The position numbers were made by a program, and so were the translations under genes. DNA of 63,960 nt, the filler included, from Phoronis australis (taxonomy: Eukaryota; Animalia; Phoronida), in NCBI GenBank assembly GCA_002633005.1. It is 9 parts of 9 records of this genome, joined end to end, with 100 filler letters (N's around TTAATTAATTAA, not from the genome) between each part and the next. Parts side by side here need not be neighbours in the genome. Positions count along the whole stretch, not along the records: positions 34,019 to 42,992 come from NMRA01001256.1; positions 43,093 to 48,061 come from NMRA01002447.1; positions 48,162 to 51,593 come from NMRA01001929.1; 6 more parts are not named here. One strand, 5' to 3'. The notes below the pieces were generated by a model, which saw nothing but the letters and a program-made list of their open reading frames with translations, searched no databases and was not told the origin of the DNA. Positions 37,119-50,717 of this stretch are shown piece after piece. Each line of letters opens with the position of its first letter. Positions within the stretch are counted from its first letter, which is position 1.

Positions 37119-37585
37119 GTATGCTAGCATGTGAATAATTTCAATATAAACTCAAGTGATTGTTGGTTTGTTCTGGTGGTGTAAAGCAATGCTGTCAACA
37201 ATATTTTGTGAGGATCGAATTAGCAATCGTTGAGTTTCCTCGACTTTTTCCGTTGTGGCTGAATCTAACCAGGGAAATGTAAAATGACTACATAAGGGTA
37301 TTGCTAAACTTAATCTACACTTAAAAATAATTCTTCAAATACAATATGAATGGTGAGGAATTTTTGATGCGATTAATGTGAATTTAAATCAAAGTAGGAC
37401 ACAACCCTTACTCCTGGAAAAGTTAGTTGTGGTTGTGCGAAGCTCTCCACATTGTTAGCAATGCTAACCACTGGGCTATAATTTTGCTGAATCTTGATAA
37501 ATATACAGTAAAAATGTTTCTGTGCCACTCAGTGGGCTTTCTTGGGTCGTGTGGTGGCTATCATTCTGTACACCATAATTGTCAG

Positions 37586-37709
37586 CATCGACCACTTTGC
37601 CAAACTGTATGCCAGCAAACTTGGATTGAGTGAGGCAGTTCTTCTGAAGACCCTTTGGGGCGATTACTATCTTAACACAAAGACAAAGAGGATTATGAAA
37701 GGAGCACAG
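37586..37709 (+). CDS. EFL1: Elongation factor-like GTPase 1, exon
   Basis: [41 protein letters not shown]. Confidence 0.95.
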
Positions 37710-38194
37710 GTATTGGAGGAAATGACAAGTGTGGCGTGTTGTCAATAGCAACACATCATGTAAACGTGTGTGTTGTGCAGATGGTAGTGGTATACCTTAA
37801 AGAGTTTTTTAAGTTATGGATATTGTGTGTACATGATCAGCATGTTTGTATTTCGTTTCATATCACACTTTTAGTAAAAGTGTGGTGTTAAGAGAAAGTA
37901 GAATGTGCATTTGTGACAATTCGAAATATAACACTTGCAAGGAAAGTGAATTTTTTGTGTCAAATTTGCACCGTTTGTTTCTCATCCGTAATATGTGCAG
38001 ACTGCCAAGATTTACAGGAACCTACCCTGTGGTTTTTCTTTGTGCAACCCTTAAAGCAAGTATCGCTTAATAGATATCGTGAGATAAATACTGACTTATA
38101 ACGTCTTCTTTAAGCAATGACCATTCCGCAGATAACAGAACGCCTACTCCATCGGTCGTCACTAATCCTCATTTCCATTGTATCTGCTTTACAG

Positions 38195-38274
38195 TCAAAA
38201 GCTAAGAAGCCATTGTTTGTCCAGTTTATTCTGGAGAATCTCTGGTCCGTCTATGATGCCATGTACCTGTACAG
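38195..38274 (+). CDS. EFL1: Elongation factor-like GTPase 1, exon
   Basis: SKAKKPLFVQFILENLWSVYDAMYLY; GTGAG donor. Confidence 0.95.
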
Positions 38275-38470
38275 GTGAGGCCTATGTTTATAATTAGAAT
38301 TGTCATCATGGTAACGGAAATTCAAAGTTAGACAGCCAGATGCATGAAGTCATTTGATCGAACAGTTGAGTCTTTCTTAGATCGGCAGCATCATATACTC
38401 AAACATGAATCGTCGATGCAAACATCAAATCATGTCAGTAGAATGCATTATGGTAGTAAAGTGAGGAAAA

Positions 38471-38520
38471 TCATTTCTGAGCACTAAGTCATTTCTGAGC
38501 ACTAAGTCATTTCTGAGCAC
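38471..38520 (+). repeat. 18-bp tandem repeat, ~2.8 copies
   Basis: TCATTTCTGAGCACTAAG at 38471, 38489 and 38507. Confidence 0.9.
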
Positions 38521-38721
38521 GTCTGCTTTAATGAACGAATTTGCAGCACATGAGAAATTGATTACAGAAGTATTGTTCTTTAATAATGAGAAAAAGCCGT
38601 TTATAAGAAAATCTGTCTAGTGCAGTCAATAAAGGGCCAAGTTTGTCATATGCTCCGTGCTGTCCAAATGTTTTAAATTGTGCATATTCCTGTCTACCTA
38701 TAATGTTGCATTTTGTTAAAG

Positions 38722-38858
38722 GGACAAGGAGAAAAGTGAAAAGATTCTGTCATCGCTCAGCATTAAGATTAATAGTCGCGATGCTCGACACGCCGATGGC
38801 CGAGTTCAACTACAGGCCATGTGCAGTCAGTGGCTCCCCCTATCGAAAGCTGTCCTAG
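38722..38858 (+). CDS. EFL1: Elongation factor-like GTPase 1, exon
   Basis: DKEKSEKILSSLSIKINSRDARHADGRVQLQAMCSQWLPLSKAVL. Confidence 0.93.
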
Positions 38859-39674
38859 GTAATACCCTCAGCTGTGTTTCGGGCTCATACGTGTCTTTGC
38901 ATCACGTGACCAGTTTGTGTTCGTGGATTGAGAAGTGTTTCAAATAGTCTACTTGCGGGTTTTCAAACATAGCAAAAAAGAGCAAAAAAGTGGGACAAAA
39001 TCGTCATCCTGTTGATAAGCTTGCTTAAGGTCAAAAACTGTGCACATGCTGCACCAGCGTGGATCTACAAACCGCAGGTGAATTTCACCTGTCCAGTATC
39101 GGGTTAGCACCATGACACCACAGGAAGTGGAACAGAATTGCATTTTGTTACTTATCATGTGAAAAGTCTTTGTTGGACTTAAAACTTCTGGTTTGCAAAA
39201 TTTTTGGTGTCGCTAGAAGAATTCATATTGAATACGTAATCGCCGTTTTCAAAGGCTAACAGTGACTGATGTTGTTCTTTCTACATGAATTATTGGATGG
39301 AAACGTTTCAGTGAAAACAAAATAAAATTACACTAAGTAGCATAAAGAGAGCATTAAACTGAATCATGAGCCAATAAATGGAAGGAAATGTTTTAACATT
39401 CATTAAGGTTAATTAAATGGAGGCGCAAATTGTATGGTGCACTTTTAATTAAACATGAATGGTTATTTATGGCCGAGCTGTGTGTGCGTTTCCAAAAATA
39501 CATTCAGGTATAGCAAGTAAACAGTACTTGGACCATTTACAGATCTCTTTCCTGTGTAATTCCAAGAATCACCTGTTCTTAAGCCAACACAAAATACTGG
39601 GATTGCTTTTAAACTTCCTTTTAGAACATTACATTGTTAATTGACATATAGTTACTACATCTTCTCTGCCTCAG

Positions 39675-39797
39675 CCATGGTGGTCCACCATCTTCCCTCT
39701 CCTCTGCAAATGGTCCCCGAACGTATCGAGACGTTGATGTGCAGTCGATCACAGAGATTCGACTCACTTACTCTCGAGACACAGAAGTTGAAAGAAG
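39675..39797 (+). CDS. EFL1: Elongation factor-like GTPase 1, exon
   Basis: [41 protein letters not shown]. Confidence 0.93.
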
Positions 39798-39941
39798 GTT
39801 AGTGTACCGTGTGTAGGTTTTATTTGAGTTTTTAAGAAGTGTGTGTAAAGATTTTGGGGGTAAAATCATGAACAGCATGTGGCAAAATAATGCTCCACTG
39901 TCATGACGGCTTATTCTGTGATCAGCACATGTCATTGGTAA

Positions 39942-40615
39942 GGGCTGTTCCAGCAAAATCTGTATGGGAGGGGGGGGGAAGGCACTTTTATTTCGTACCC
40001 ACCGCCCATATTTTTCATTTATTTCTCCAACCCATGACCCATAATTTTTTAATTATTTTTAATAGGTTAAAATATAAAATCCAACACTTGCAAACAAATT
40101 GCCTCCCGGAGGACCTGTTAAGAACTTAGATGATTGACAGACAAGAACTAGTTGTCTTGTCCAACATTGTCAAAAATTAAAGTAGCCTGTGAACAATACT
40201 TTTGGCAGCCACCAGATGTCTCTGTTCACCATGTGTCTATAATTTCAATGAACATTTTTTCAATTATAAGGATCTATGAATCTCAAACTGTCTCCACAAA
40301 CTCTTTTATACTTCTATGTCAAGTGAATATTGGGACTTGCTTATCTTACTCCTCATACTTTTTATTTAAAAATCATCAATTTTCTTATATGTGTTAACAC
40401 CAGTTTAGTGTTGCATAACTTTTCAATTCAATAGGACTGCAGACAAGCACTTGGCACAAATCAAGTTGCCCATGACTTGATTAATGGCTTAGTGAACATA
40501 TTGCACTCTGTTCACTGGCAATATGGGCTTTTTTGTATTGGGATAAGTTGGGATATATGCCAATTGCATTTTTTGANCCCCCCCCCCTCCCACACGGATT
40601 TTACTGGAACAGCCC
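39942..40615 (+). mobile_element. PIF/Harbinger-type MITE in an EFL1 intron (copy 2)
   Basis: TAA|GGGCTGTTCCAGCAAAATCTGTATGGGAGGGG...CCCCTCCCACACGGATTTTACTGGAACAGCCC|TAA: ~30-bp TIR and 3-bp TAA TSD. The single N at 40577 may hide missing sequence. Confidence 0.88.
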
Positions 40616-41244
40616 TAATGACTATTATGTAGACAAAGTTCCTACTATGAAATGGTTCAGTCACATTACTAACTTTCCTGTTAAGTTACTCTTCTCTGTT
40701 GCCGAGGGACGCTTACTCCGACGATGAATTCTGCTTCCGCCGATCCGTCGTGATGGGGAATAATTTTGTTTGTTTTAGTCAGTTTAAAATGGTGTTGAAG
40801 TTCTCGCTCTTTTGATAGTCTATTTGCTTCTGTTATAATTAATATTGCCTTTCTGATTTTTCATGCTAATCGTAGGCGATTTTTTATTTTTGTCCATTGT
40901 AAATGGCTTAAAGTTACAAGCATTCCATCAAATTTGTCCGATGTCAGTTTAAACATCGTCTTCTGAAGATAATAGTAGTAAGAAAAATAAACAAAAGTGA
41001 ATAATAATAAACATTACGTTCAAGTCACATGACGTTGTTATATGAACAATAAATTTGTCTTGTACTTCGTCTTGCTTGAGACTGGCAACTACTCTGCTGA
41101 ACAAATGCATAACACGGGAACATACTATCAACTTATTGAATCCCAGTAAAAATGACAGTATATTACCGCACCACGTAACACTGTCTCGGGACTTTATTTT
41201 CATTCTGTCTATATTGTTATATAGATTGAGTGCTTCAATTTCAG

Positions 41245-41344
41245 ATTTCCTGGCTTGTAACCCTTCAGAGGAAAGCCCAGTCATTGTGTTTGTGTCTAAG
41301 ATGGTTGCTGTCGATCGGAAGATGCTCCCTCAGAATAAACAAAG
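41245..41344 (+). CDS. EFL1: Elongation factor-like GTPase 1, exon (start of domain II)
   Basis: DFLACNPSEESPVIVFVSKMVAVDRKMLPQNKQR; the gene continues beyond this contig. Confidence 0.93.
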
Positions 41345-44138
41345 GTATCGCCTGGATATATTAGGCCGAGTATTTTTTTGCAAAAATGGACACCACTGTT
41401 AAGAGCAATTGAGAAAAACTAGATGTAAATGTTATGAATTATTTTGTAACTAGAATGGCATTCTTGTGTTGTAAATTTAATGGCTTTAGCTTAGAAATGG
41501 TAATAACAGTGGCTCTAGTGACTCGAATTAAATTGCTTTAATACTTCTTTAGTAGTATCCCTTCCCAAAATTTCCCCAAATACCAATGTGGGACTTGAAA
41601 GTTGAGCTCAGAAGGCACATTCGCAAGCAAGTAATTAATGCATAAAGTTGATGATAGGCGCAAGGATGAGCACAACGAACTTCCCACGTAGAAAAACACG
41701 ACTTCCCCCTAGAAACAATGTCCGTGTAATGGTTTGATCTGTGCATGTCCACATCTCACATTCTTCCCACTGGAAAAAATGTCCATATATTAATTGTTTA
41801 CTCTGCGCATTTCCATATGTCATGTTGGTACTAGGGGAATTCTGGGAATAGGAATAAAATTCCACAGATCTTACCATAAGTGAAGGATGACTCCAGGGTG
41901 CTTGTACTTTTCTTGACCGCACTAGGGCTTTAAAGAATGGTTTGCTCTGTGCATGTCCGTATTGCATGTTGGTACTTGGGGGAATTCTGGGAAATGAAAT
42001 CGCAGTCATCCTTCACCTAATGTAAGTTTTTGTAGCTGTGTAATTTTACATGTCCACTTCTTTCACTGGTTTTCAACATTTGAACGACAGGAGAATATCA
42101 GGAAGTTATTTGGTTTCATTCGCAGGCCACTGACGGTTGAAGACCTAGCTCATCGCCGTGAGATTGCACGGGAGAGACATGCCAACCTAATGGCCGGTAA
42201 ACCAACTGCTGATGATGGTAGGTGACACCACATTCCATAGGCGAATGGTTAGGATTATTACACAGTCGACAAAATCCCTCTTGTCGAAAATGGACAAGAT
42301 TTCGAAGCAACGCATTTTGGTGAATTTCCAAGCGGTTTAATGTTATTTTTCATTTGTTTGCCTTTTGGATTTTCATCAAAATTTGATCAAGCTAGACAAT
42401 TTTGAACTAAATCCAACTGCTTTTGTGATGAGAACGGCATTACGGATTCTAATTTTTGCGCGAATATTGTTTAACAAGATAATCACATGGTGATTACAGA
42501 GTGATTCAGTAATACGATATGTAGTATATGTAATACATCTTGGATACCTTGCTCAGTCAGTGCAAAGTGACCAAGGTTTTCTGTTTTGTACTAACTGACA
42601 GCTTTTCTTCATATTTTATTTGAGTCGTCTCCTTGCCTTTTTAACTAATTTTGTGGTACAACTGTATTAACCAATGGCTTACATTTCGTATAAGAATTGG
42701 AACAAATCTGTTTCAACTTTGCACACAACAGATTTTTCTCTGATTAAATGCACTCCTTGGCTGAAAATGATTTTTTTAGGAATGCGCGTTGCTAAACGTG
42801 ATCCCTGGTTTTGCATTGAGTAAATTTTCAAACAAACGTTTGCTTGTGCTTGAATGTCTACTCTCGAGCCTTTCTGTTGATTCGGATGGATTTAAAACAC
42901 GGAAATGTATGTGGCGTTGACATGGTCTCCCTCTTTTGGCATTTTCTGTCTATTGGTTTACACAATGTATGTAGCTGCGCTTTCCTTTGGTTNNNNNNNN
43001 NNNNNNNNNNNNNNNNNNNNNNNNNNNNNNNNNNNNTTAATTAATTAANNNNNNNNNNNNNNNNNNNNNNNNNNNNNNNNNNNNNNNNNNNNAAACAATG
43101 TCCACCAAAATTTTCTTTTTATGTTGTTCGAAAAATTATAATACCATACGACTTTTTACAAATGTGACTTCTGTTCATGCCTAACACGAAAATACTTAGT
43201 AATAGTTACCTTTGAAGGCTATTGATACAACTAATTTTTCTTACAAAGACCCCGTTCCCTCGTCATTTTAGAAAAAGACTTCATAGGATAAATTTCATCA
43301 CAAGGCAATGACAATCATTGAGATGGCAGTATTTTCTCAAAAGGAACAAATATTCAACTTTATATGTTTGAACTTTTGGTGGTATCAAAATGCTAAGATG
43401 AGTTTAGTGGCAACACATAAACTAATAACTTATGACAGTGGTAATTGCAAATAAACACAGGGTCAGGATGCACGAAATAACCTATTTTAGTGTTTTCGTT
43501 TGATTTATGGAACCGATAATAGGATCTAATTAATTAAATCGGGGGTAAAAAAAAGAAAAGGGTGTTTGTAATAGAATTAAAGACTCTGGGAGCATTCAAA
43601 TCATTCAAACTTAGCTTGCAACGTTGTGCTTTCACCTAAATGTTTTATAATCCAGTAACTGAACTGAATATGAAACAAACATGGGATCAACCTCAAAATC
43701 ATTAGCAACAGTTCTTTAGTCACATCCAGTTTGTTCTCGTCAAAAATATATCAAATTAACCTTCATCGAAGTAATTCTTGGTGAAGGAATGACAGATCGC
43801 TATGATAGTGAACACCTAGAAGAAAGGTAAATTATAACTATTCCGTTCATGCTTCAGAGCGTTTCTGGTCACTTTCAAATAGATTATTTCATGTTCACAA
43901 TATAGGTAAATGGTATTTTCAAATAGTTTTAAGGGCAACGCCGAATTGACGAGTCTGGGAGATAATAAAATTACATAGAATTGTGTACGTTGCTTGTATG
44001 TACAGGCGACCTAGCTGTGAGAACTTGGAAAAATACACTTGTTTCTATATCTTTTAATGTTTTTGGAATTCAGAAACACTCGCATTACCTAAATGCGCAT
44101 TTATTACACTGAAAAACGCAAAACAGCTTTAATTACCG

Positions 44139-45904
44139 TTACTTCACGTTACGGTGACGCCAAGGTGACCCTAAGGTGACACTAAAGTCACCATAAGATA
44201 CTTCGAGTGACTCATTTGCGACAATTCGACAATTGTGTAATTCTAAGGAAGAACTCTTTACGGTAACCTTGAGTAACAGCTCGCTGTAACTTAGATGGGT
44301 TCGCCCCAGGAATGTACCACGTAAAAACAACAGCTGCAATGGCAATGACAATACCGGTATTTGACCTATTCGTACTACTGAACCTCTACAGAAGAAATGT
44401 GAACATCCTTGAGTTAAAACATTTTGGCATAACACAAATACTCACAAAATAACACTGGCATCAAATGCGAAGTAGCATGTCGTGCATTCTAGTCTTGACT
44501 TCACAGACCCTGTACTTTCTAACCTGGAAGTCTTTGTTTCGACAGTTTTTTGATGCTGAAGCAACGTTTTTGTCACTGTTTCAAAACCGATATCTTGTGT
44601 CTTCCCCATGCTGACCACGAACGTTCCAACAGCACTTTTCGTGTCTGGGTCATAATTTACACCCACACTTTTGCCATTGCTGAAATTCCATTCGACTGGA
44701 AAAACCAGTGATAAGGGGTCTTTTATAGCGCCAACGATATTTTCCTTAATGTCATTTATAGTGTCCAAACGATCGGAGATCCAGCCTCTTCTTTGGCGGA
44801 CTTTTGAGTATGACGAATAAGTCTTTGGTTCTTTTTTCGCTGGTACGCGATGGTAAAAGATCTTGGCGTGCTCAAATATATCATAAAAACTGAAATATAC
44901 AACTCAAACTGCAAATGATATTCACACGTCATCATTTTATTCTTCGAGATCAGCTCAGAGAATAAAGACGACCATTGCTTGACACTCCTTAGACGCTTGA
45001 AATTTGTCACGAGAAAGGCGAGTGCTTTACGAATATGCTCATAACAAAATGTCCACTGAAGTGAGTGACTCGACAGTGACGGCGGAATGTTGAAGGATAA
45101 AGCTCATTGAAAATATTTCTGTCTGCAATTACATCGCCTTGTTTTATTTTGCAATTTGACAACGCTTAAAATAATTTAAACCTGTCAGATATACGAAATG
45201 ATAATTATTCATGACTTGAATTATCTATATTTTGTTTCTGGTATAATCATGTACCACCGAGAAATGATGAATCGCTTTCTAATGATGTGACTCTTACGCA
45301 ACCGCGGAGTTGAGAAGACTTTTAGTCACAGTAAGCGCCATAGCAAGAACCAACATAGCAGCAAACGATTTCAAACAAACGCCACGCATGCACGGGGCAA
45401 CCTCACCATCGCAAGATCGAAGTTGGCATTCCGGGGCTGGAGTTCTATGTTAGAATTCCGAGTCTAGCTATACATCGGGCGCTATCAAAATCGGGTCATG
45501 ATAACCAAGAATAACACGATTCAGCAACACCTCATAATACACTGTACTTCATAGCGAGGTGCAGTGATGAAGTAAATGAATGGATTTGCAAACAAAAACT
45601 AAATAGATTAAGAGGTTGAATCCACTAGGAAGTCCAAGTACGTTACCTTGCTTCGGAAGTAATGACCTCAATGCGCTTGCTATTTACTTTTTTAACCGAA
45701 CTTATCTTTCGGAATATTCCTTTCTCAGCGGCATGTGACAACCCTAGAAAAAACACTGTGTAATTAACGCAAGGCTGTGACAATATAGTCTGATTTAGTT
45801 TCTGTTAACCAGGAATGAATCACATCCATGTACTTACCTAAAAGTATCAACAAATGAGCATAGCATTTGGCTGGGTTATGGCTGCACAAAGCTGACCAAA
45901 GAGC
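44139..45904 (-). CDS. Unknown multi-exon protein with furin-like site (exons 45904-45838, 45743-45647, 44889-44446, 44385-~44139); may be decaying at the 3' end
   Basis: GT-AG, phase-consistent (1,2,2) frame: ALWSALCSHNPAKCYAHLLILLG|LSHAAEKGIFRKISSVKKVNSKRIEVITSEAS|FYDIFEHAKIFY...KVRQRRGWISDRLDTIND...LECTTCYFAFDASVIL|GSVVRIGQIPVLSLPLQ... Confidence 0.65.
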
Positions 45905-48900
45905 CTGATTGAAATCGATAACAAGTTCTATTTCATGTTAGTTTCATAGAAGAAGATCTGCTCATGAAATAAGCCTGTTAATAACCGATTGGCTTAAAAT
46001 AGAATAAAATACAATTGTGTCCTTCAAAGTTGCTGGAATCGAGTTTGTCCAATAAGGTTGGTAAAGTTTAAAGTAAACAAATTGCTCGTAGTACATTGGA
46101 ACGAAGCTATCATTCAATAATTGTCCTGGGTGTAGTATAATCCAAAAGCCTGGTTGTCTTACATTCTGTAATAATAACCCCGGTAACATTTAATCGGGGT
46201 CTCCAAAAAGTCAATCAAATGGCAGTATTCTCCATTAAAGTCTGCCTAAAGCGTGCCATATGGTTGTTAAGCCATCGCCTATTGCTCACCTTTCATCAAC
46301 ACAAGTGCGCGCACAAACACAGTAATTAACAGTTCTGGGCACGAACCATCATTTTCGCTACACTTCGGACCATGCATGTAACTGTTTCAGAAGTGACAAG
46401 AAAGAAAGAGAGGTCCCCTCAGTGGACATAAAAGAAACTTAGGCCATTTATCATACTATTCATTTCTGTACCAAAAGCTGTCCTTCATCTCATGTTGTTG
46501 CTGAACTTCAAATCATTGCCGTTGCTCAAGGAAATCACCTGAAGTTCTTAAGTTACGTCTGACAACATCTTGGATTTCCAAACAAACTAGCTATCGAGAG
46601 TGCTCGCGAATTCTCTCATACTGTCGCCAGCACTCGCTGGCTAAAAACTGTTCAAGGAGCGAGCGCTCACTGACGCCCTCCTTTTTGATCACGTGTCTGT
46701 TTGATGTTCTAGCTAACAGTGCAATAAACGAAAACGAGAGACGTCCACTTGGAGGTCATCAGAGAACGAATGAGTGAACAAACGTTGTACAAGAGAAAAG
46801 CCAGTGGAAAGGCGATAATTGGAAGACAGACCGAAAGATGGAATGCTCCACGGCAATTGCGGAATAAACTGGACTTTAAAAAAACCTGTTACCAAGCCAT
46901 TTTTTCTTAAACCGGCGAGTTCAACAATTGAAAACAACGAGTTACTCTGGTATTTACACATGGAACTCATTCGATCGTCGACGTCAGCAACATTTCAGTT
47001 TCTACCTCCTCTAGCTTAACCGTACTCTTTCATTTCTCGGACCTCTTATGCCTCACACGCTCCTTATCCTGTGAGTTGCTCGATCACGATTTAAGTAGCA
47101 TGATCTCTTCTCCAGGCATGACTAGCGGACCATTACATGCGTGTACAGCATGCAACCATTAGTGGAGTGTAGAGTTATAAGTTCTAGGTCCATTCTGGGA
47201 AATATAAATCCCCGTCATGCCAATAAATGTATTATCTATGAACCGTAATCAAAAGACCGCATAAGTTTATTTTATCCGTTAAACAAAGACAGTCTAGTTG
47301 ATAAAAATCAAAACTTTCTGAAAATTCTAGTTTGAATTCCAAGAGCAGAAAAAAGAGGGATTTAGTAATTTTACAGCCATGCTGTCTTATTCTTGCAAAA
47401 ATTCCCGGTTTTGCTTAAAATCAAATCCCGACATCATGACGATGAGCAACACGTGTCCAGTTACGCTATAATATATCGTTTTTCATTTCATTTACACTTT
47501 TGAAAAACAGCATCATTGTTAAAACAAACCCTGTTGGCACTCCCATTGGTCATCACCCGTAATGACGTCACCATTGGCCCACTCATTAGCGACGTGTGCA
47601 TCTTCAAATATGAAAATTAATTTGTTGCTGATGCAGACAATCCTCTGAAATAGAAAAAAAACCCCGTTCAGGTCGAAATGAAAAGCATTACCACGACTAA
47701 TGAGAAGCGTTGTATGAATGTTGAAGTAGAAAATATTACCCAATAGGAAAGAGCTGTCAATCGGCCAGACTGAGGCTCTTAGCTAACTAAGCAGCTGCAG
47801 TAACAGTATCGACAATGTTCATTTAAATGTGGTAACAGTGCAATTACGATATTCTTGGGACAAAACTTTGTCATGGAGTCTCCTGAGATAAAGCATGCTG
47901 AAACCAGTTTATCAAAATCTGCAAATAATAAGGTTTTTCAATGAAAGTCAGTGGGGGTGTTTTTGGTGATGTGCCAAAAATATTCATTTTGAGATAACAT
48001 ATATTTGGTTGTCATGTCAACATCAATATTACGTAAAACCCATAGGTCCATGAGAAACGCTNNNNNNNNNNNNNNNNNNNNNNNNNNNNNNNNNNNNNNN
48101 NNNNNTTAATTAATTAANNNNNNNNNNNNNNNNNNNNNNNNNNNNNNNNNNNNNNNNNNNNGCGCCATCTATTGAGTGATGTTCTAAATCAAGCACAGGT
48201 ATTTCAAACTGAACTGAATGTTCTGTTTTCTGCCAAGTGCACCTTTTGACGAGTTTCACATTCACTTCCAAATGCGCCGATTAGCGAATCGGTTACATGG
48301 CCATTTTGGATCAAGTCAAACCTAAATTTCATGGGAGATAACTACAGTTTAAGGACAGCATCAAATGAGTGTTTACTAAAAGTTAAACAAAAAACAAGTT
48401 TTTGCATTTTTTGTTCATAGGACGAAAGACAAAATTTCTGTTGATCGCTTACATGTTGCATTGTGTTAGGTGGAATAACCTCTCTACTGTCCATTGTCAT
48501 GGTTTTATTGATAATTTTCACTAGCCATGCCGTATGGATATTCACTATTCCACCAGATGACGTGCACATCTTTGATGAGCAGGCGTTCAGCACCACGTAC
48601 AGATCCCATGTAATAAGAACAGGACGTTTTAACCTAGTGGTTTACAGTGCTTTAACACCTTTCCCGCTATCATAATGTGGGCATGCTTTCACTGATGTGT
48701 GAGGCGGGATATACTTATGGTGTACGAAAAATGGCGAATCTTTTGAAATATTCCATAGACGAAGGATTTTATGTTCCATGCATTTCCCACTGTGAGGAAG
48801 AATCTGCAGCAGCATAGTCAGTGGCTCGACTGATAAAGCAGTAGAATTCTGATCTCAGCCAATGTCAAAAAGTAAAATAAATTAGTGAACTTAACTTGAT

Positions 48901-50030
48901 CAAACAATGGGCTGGGTTGGGAATGGGTTTTTTGTTACACTGTTTTTAAATTAATGTGCCACTATATGTAAAGGTCTTACCTTCACTTCTTTTTTGCCTC
49001 CATGAAACAACACCCAATTAATGGTGTGCCATCTGGGGCTCACAGATTTTGATCTGATGATGTCATACTAAATTAGTCATGTCACAAATGCCAGTTATTG
49101 AGCCAAGTGAAATCATTTAGTGACCGTCAGAGTAAACAGCAAAACAACAAAACATGAATCTCCAGGTGCATGCTTATGTCTCACTCATTTCTGATGATGA
49201 CTCTTGTCCATGTGATTCTAATGTGGCCATGTGCAGGTCAGTTTCTGATGAGCAGTTTGTGCGTGATATTACACTCAATCCTACAATTTCAACATACAGG
49301 TACTCAATTCTTGGTGCAATCAATCGTAAAGCAAGTTTTCAGCACTGGTTTTCGGATTTTGAAAAGTACGAAATCTGGGATAAATTTATGATATATAGGA
49401 GTTTGAATTCTTCATTCACGAGTCTCATAGAATGGAAGGAAATTTTCAACTTTATTTATCTGCCTACCTAGTGCCTAACTTGTCCATCTTTCTGTTCCCT
49501 TCTCGCCTACTTACCTACCCTCCTGCCTTCTTAGTACCTCCGTAGGGTCTAGCTAATACCTATCTAGTATCCACCTACTACCTACTTACTTATATCTACT
49601 TACCTGATAGTCGAGTTCAGTGGATACATGTGAAGAGGTACTGTATCTGTAAAGAAAGGTTTGCGTTTTCTAGTTTTATGGCACTTTTATGCACTGTTGG
49701 CATCGGTGTTGTATGGGCCGAGACGAGAGCTATAAAAGTGTCAAAATTTGTTCTTTTTTGTGAAGTTATTACAAATCCCCCGTTCTCATAGTTGTGTGCT
49801 AGAATTTCACTAAAATCATGTCCAGTGTCTTCACAACCAGAAGTGGCACTAAAGGCTATGATGTGTAGTGTACCACTGCTTGTCTGGTCAGAGCCAACTC
49901 TTTTCCAACCAGTTGACTAAAAATTATTGACATGAGCTGCATTACTGTTACTGCTGTTTGGTGAATAAAAAAGGTGCAGTATTCTAATTGTTAAATTTTC
50001 TTTAATCCTTTTGTTACCTTCTTCTTTCAG

Positions 50031-50124
50031 TATCAGGACGAAGCAGCATGCGCCAACTGGCTCCAGCGGCAAGCAGCACTTGAGAGTTTGTCCAAGGGGA
50101 TACCCACTGCCTTACCTCAGCCAG
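50031..50124 (+). CDS. TADA2A: Transcriptional adaptor 2-alpha (ADA2a), exon
   Basis: (YQ)DEAACANWLQRQAALESLSKGIPTALPQP resembles vertebrate QDSSACQQWLRRQA. An alternative in-frame acceptor would start the exon at 50037. Confidence 0.85.
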
Positions 50125-50284
50125 GTACTACAGAATTGAAAGGCTGATAAACACTGATTAATAAATGCAAAATGTTTTTTAGAGAAAATTGAGTTCAAAC
50201 TGGCACCTCATGTTGCTTAAATGACAAATATAGTGCCAACCTGTTGTACAGTACTCTTGATATCCAAAAAAAATTCTCTTACAG

Positions 50285-50358
50285 CTCGCCGGGTCTTTCC
50301 TCCGTTGAAAATTGTGGATCTGCCTGGCTTTGAGAAACTTAATGACAAGGAAAAAGAG
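50285..50358 (+). CDS. TADA2A: Transcriptional adaptor 2-alpha (ADA2a), exon entering the SWIRM domain
   Basis: ARRVFPPLKIVDLPGFEKLNDKEKE resembles GRRSAPPLNLTGLPGTEKLNEKEKE; phase-1 junction with the previous exon. Confidence 0.88.
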
Positions 50359-50717
50359 GTATATTTGTAGCAGTTACATTAGAACATTTTTGTGCCCTTA
50401 TATAATTATGTTTAATATGTGGATGCCTGTTGACATTATCCTGTCCTAATGTCCAGCTGTTTGCTTGATATGGTAAAAAAACCCAGTTGGATCAGCCAAA
50501 TTTGGCACAAGCATGCAGGCAATTGTTATGACTATGCATGCCGCGTTTCAGTATGCCCCATCCTCTGGTGCCAAGGTGGGCGGGACTCGACAGTACTTTT
50601 TGTGAGAAGATTGTTTCTGGATGATATCTAGATATCAGTAAGATAAAAGTTAGTTCTCAGCAAATTTTACTTTAAATGTATTTTGTACATTTTATAGTTG
50701 TCACCCGTGACATAAAA

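Noticed and set aside
22400-40397. Near-identical 81-88-aa ORFs (22400-22666 and 40152-40397) suggesting a duplicated gene
   Set aside because: Both lie within copies of the same MITE and have no protein-like features.
48440-48803. Minus-strand exon-like segment with Cys/His pieces (ACPHYDSGKG)
   Set aside because: Needs several frameshifts and has stops; the similarity to zinc-finger proteins is too weak to call.
49460-49606. CCTAC/TACC-rich tract
   Set aside because: Degenerate simple repeat with no further structure.
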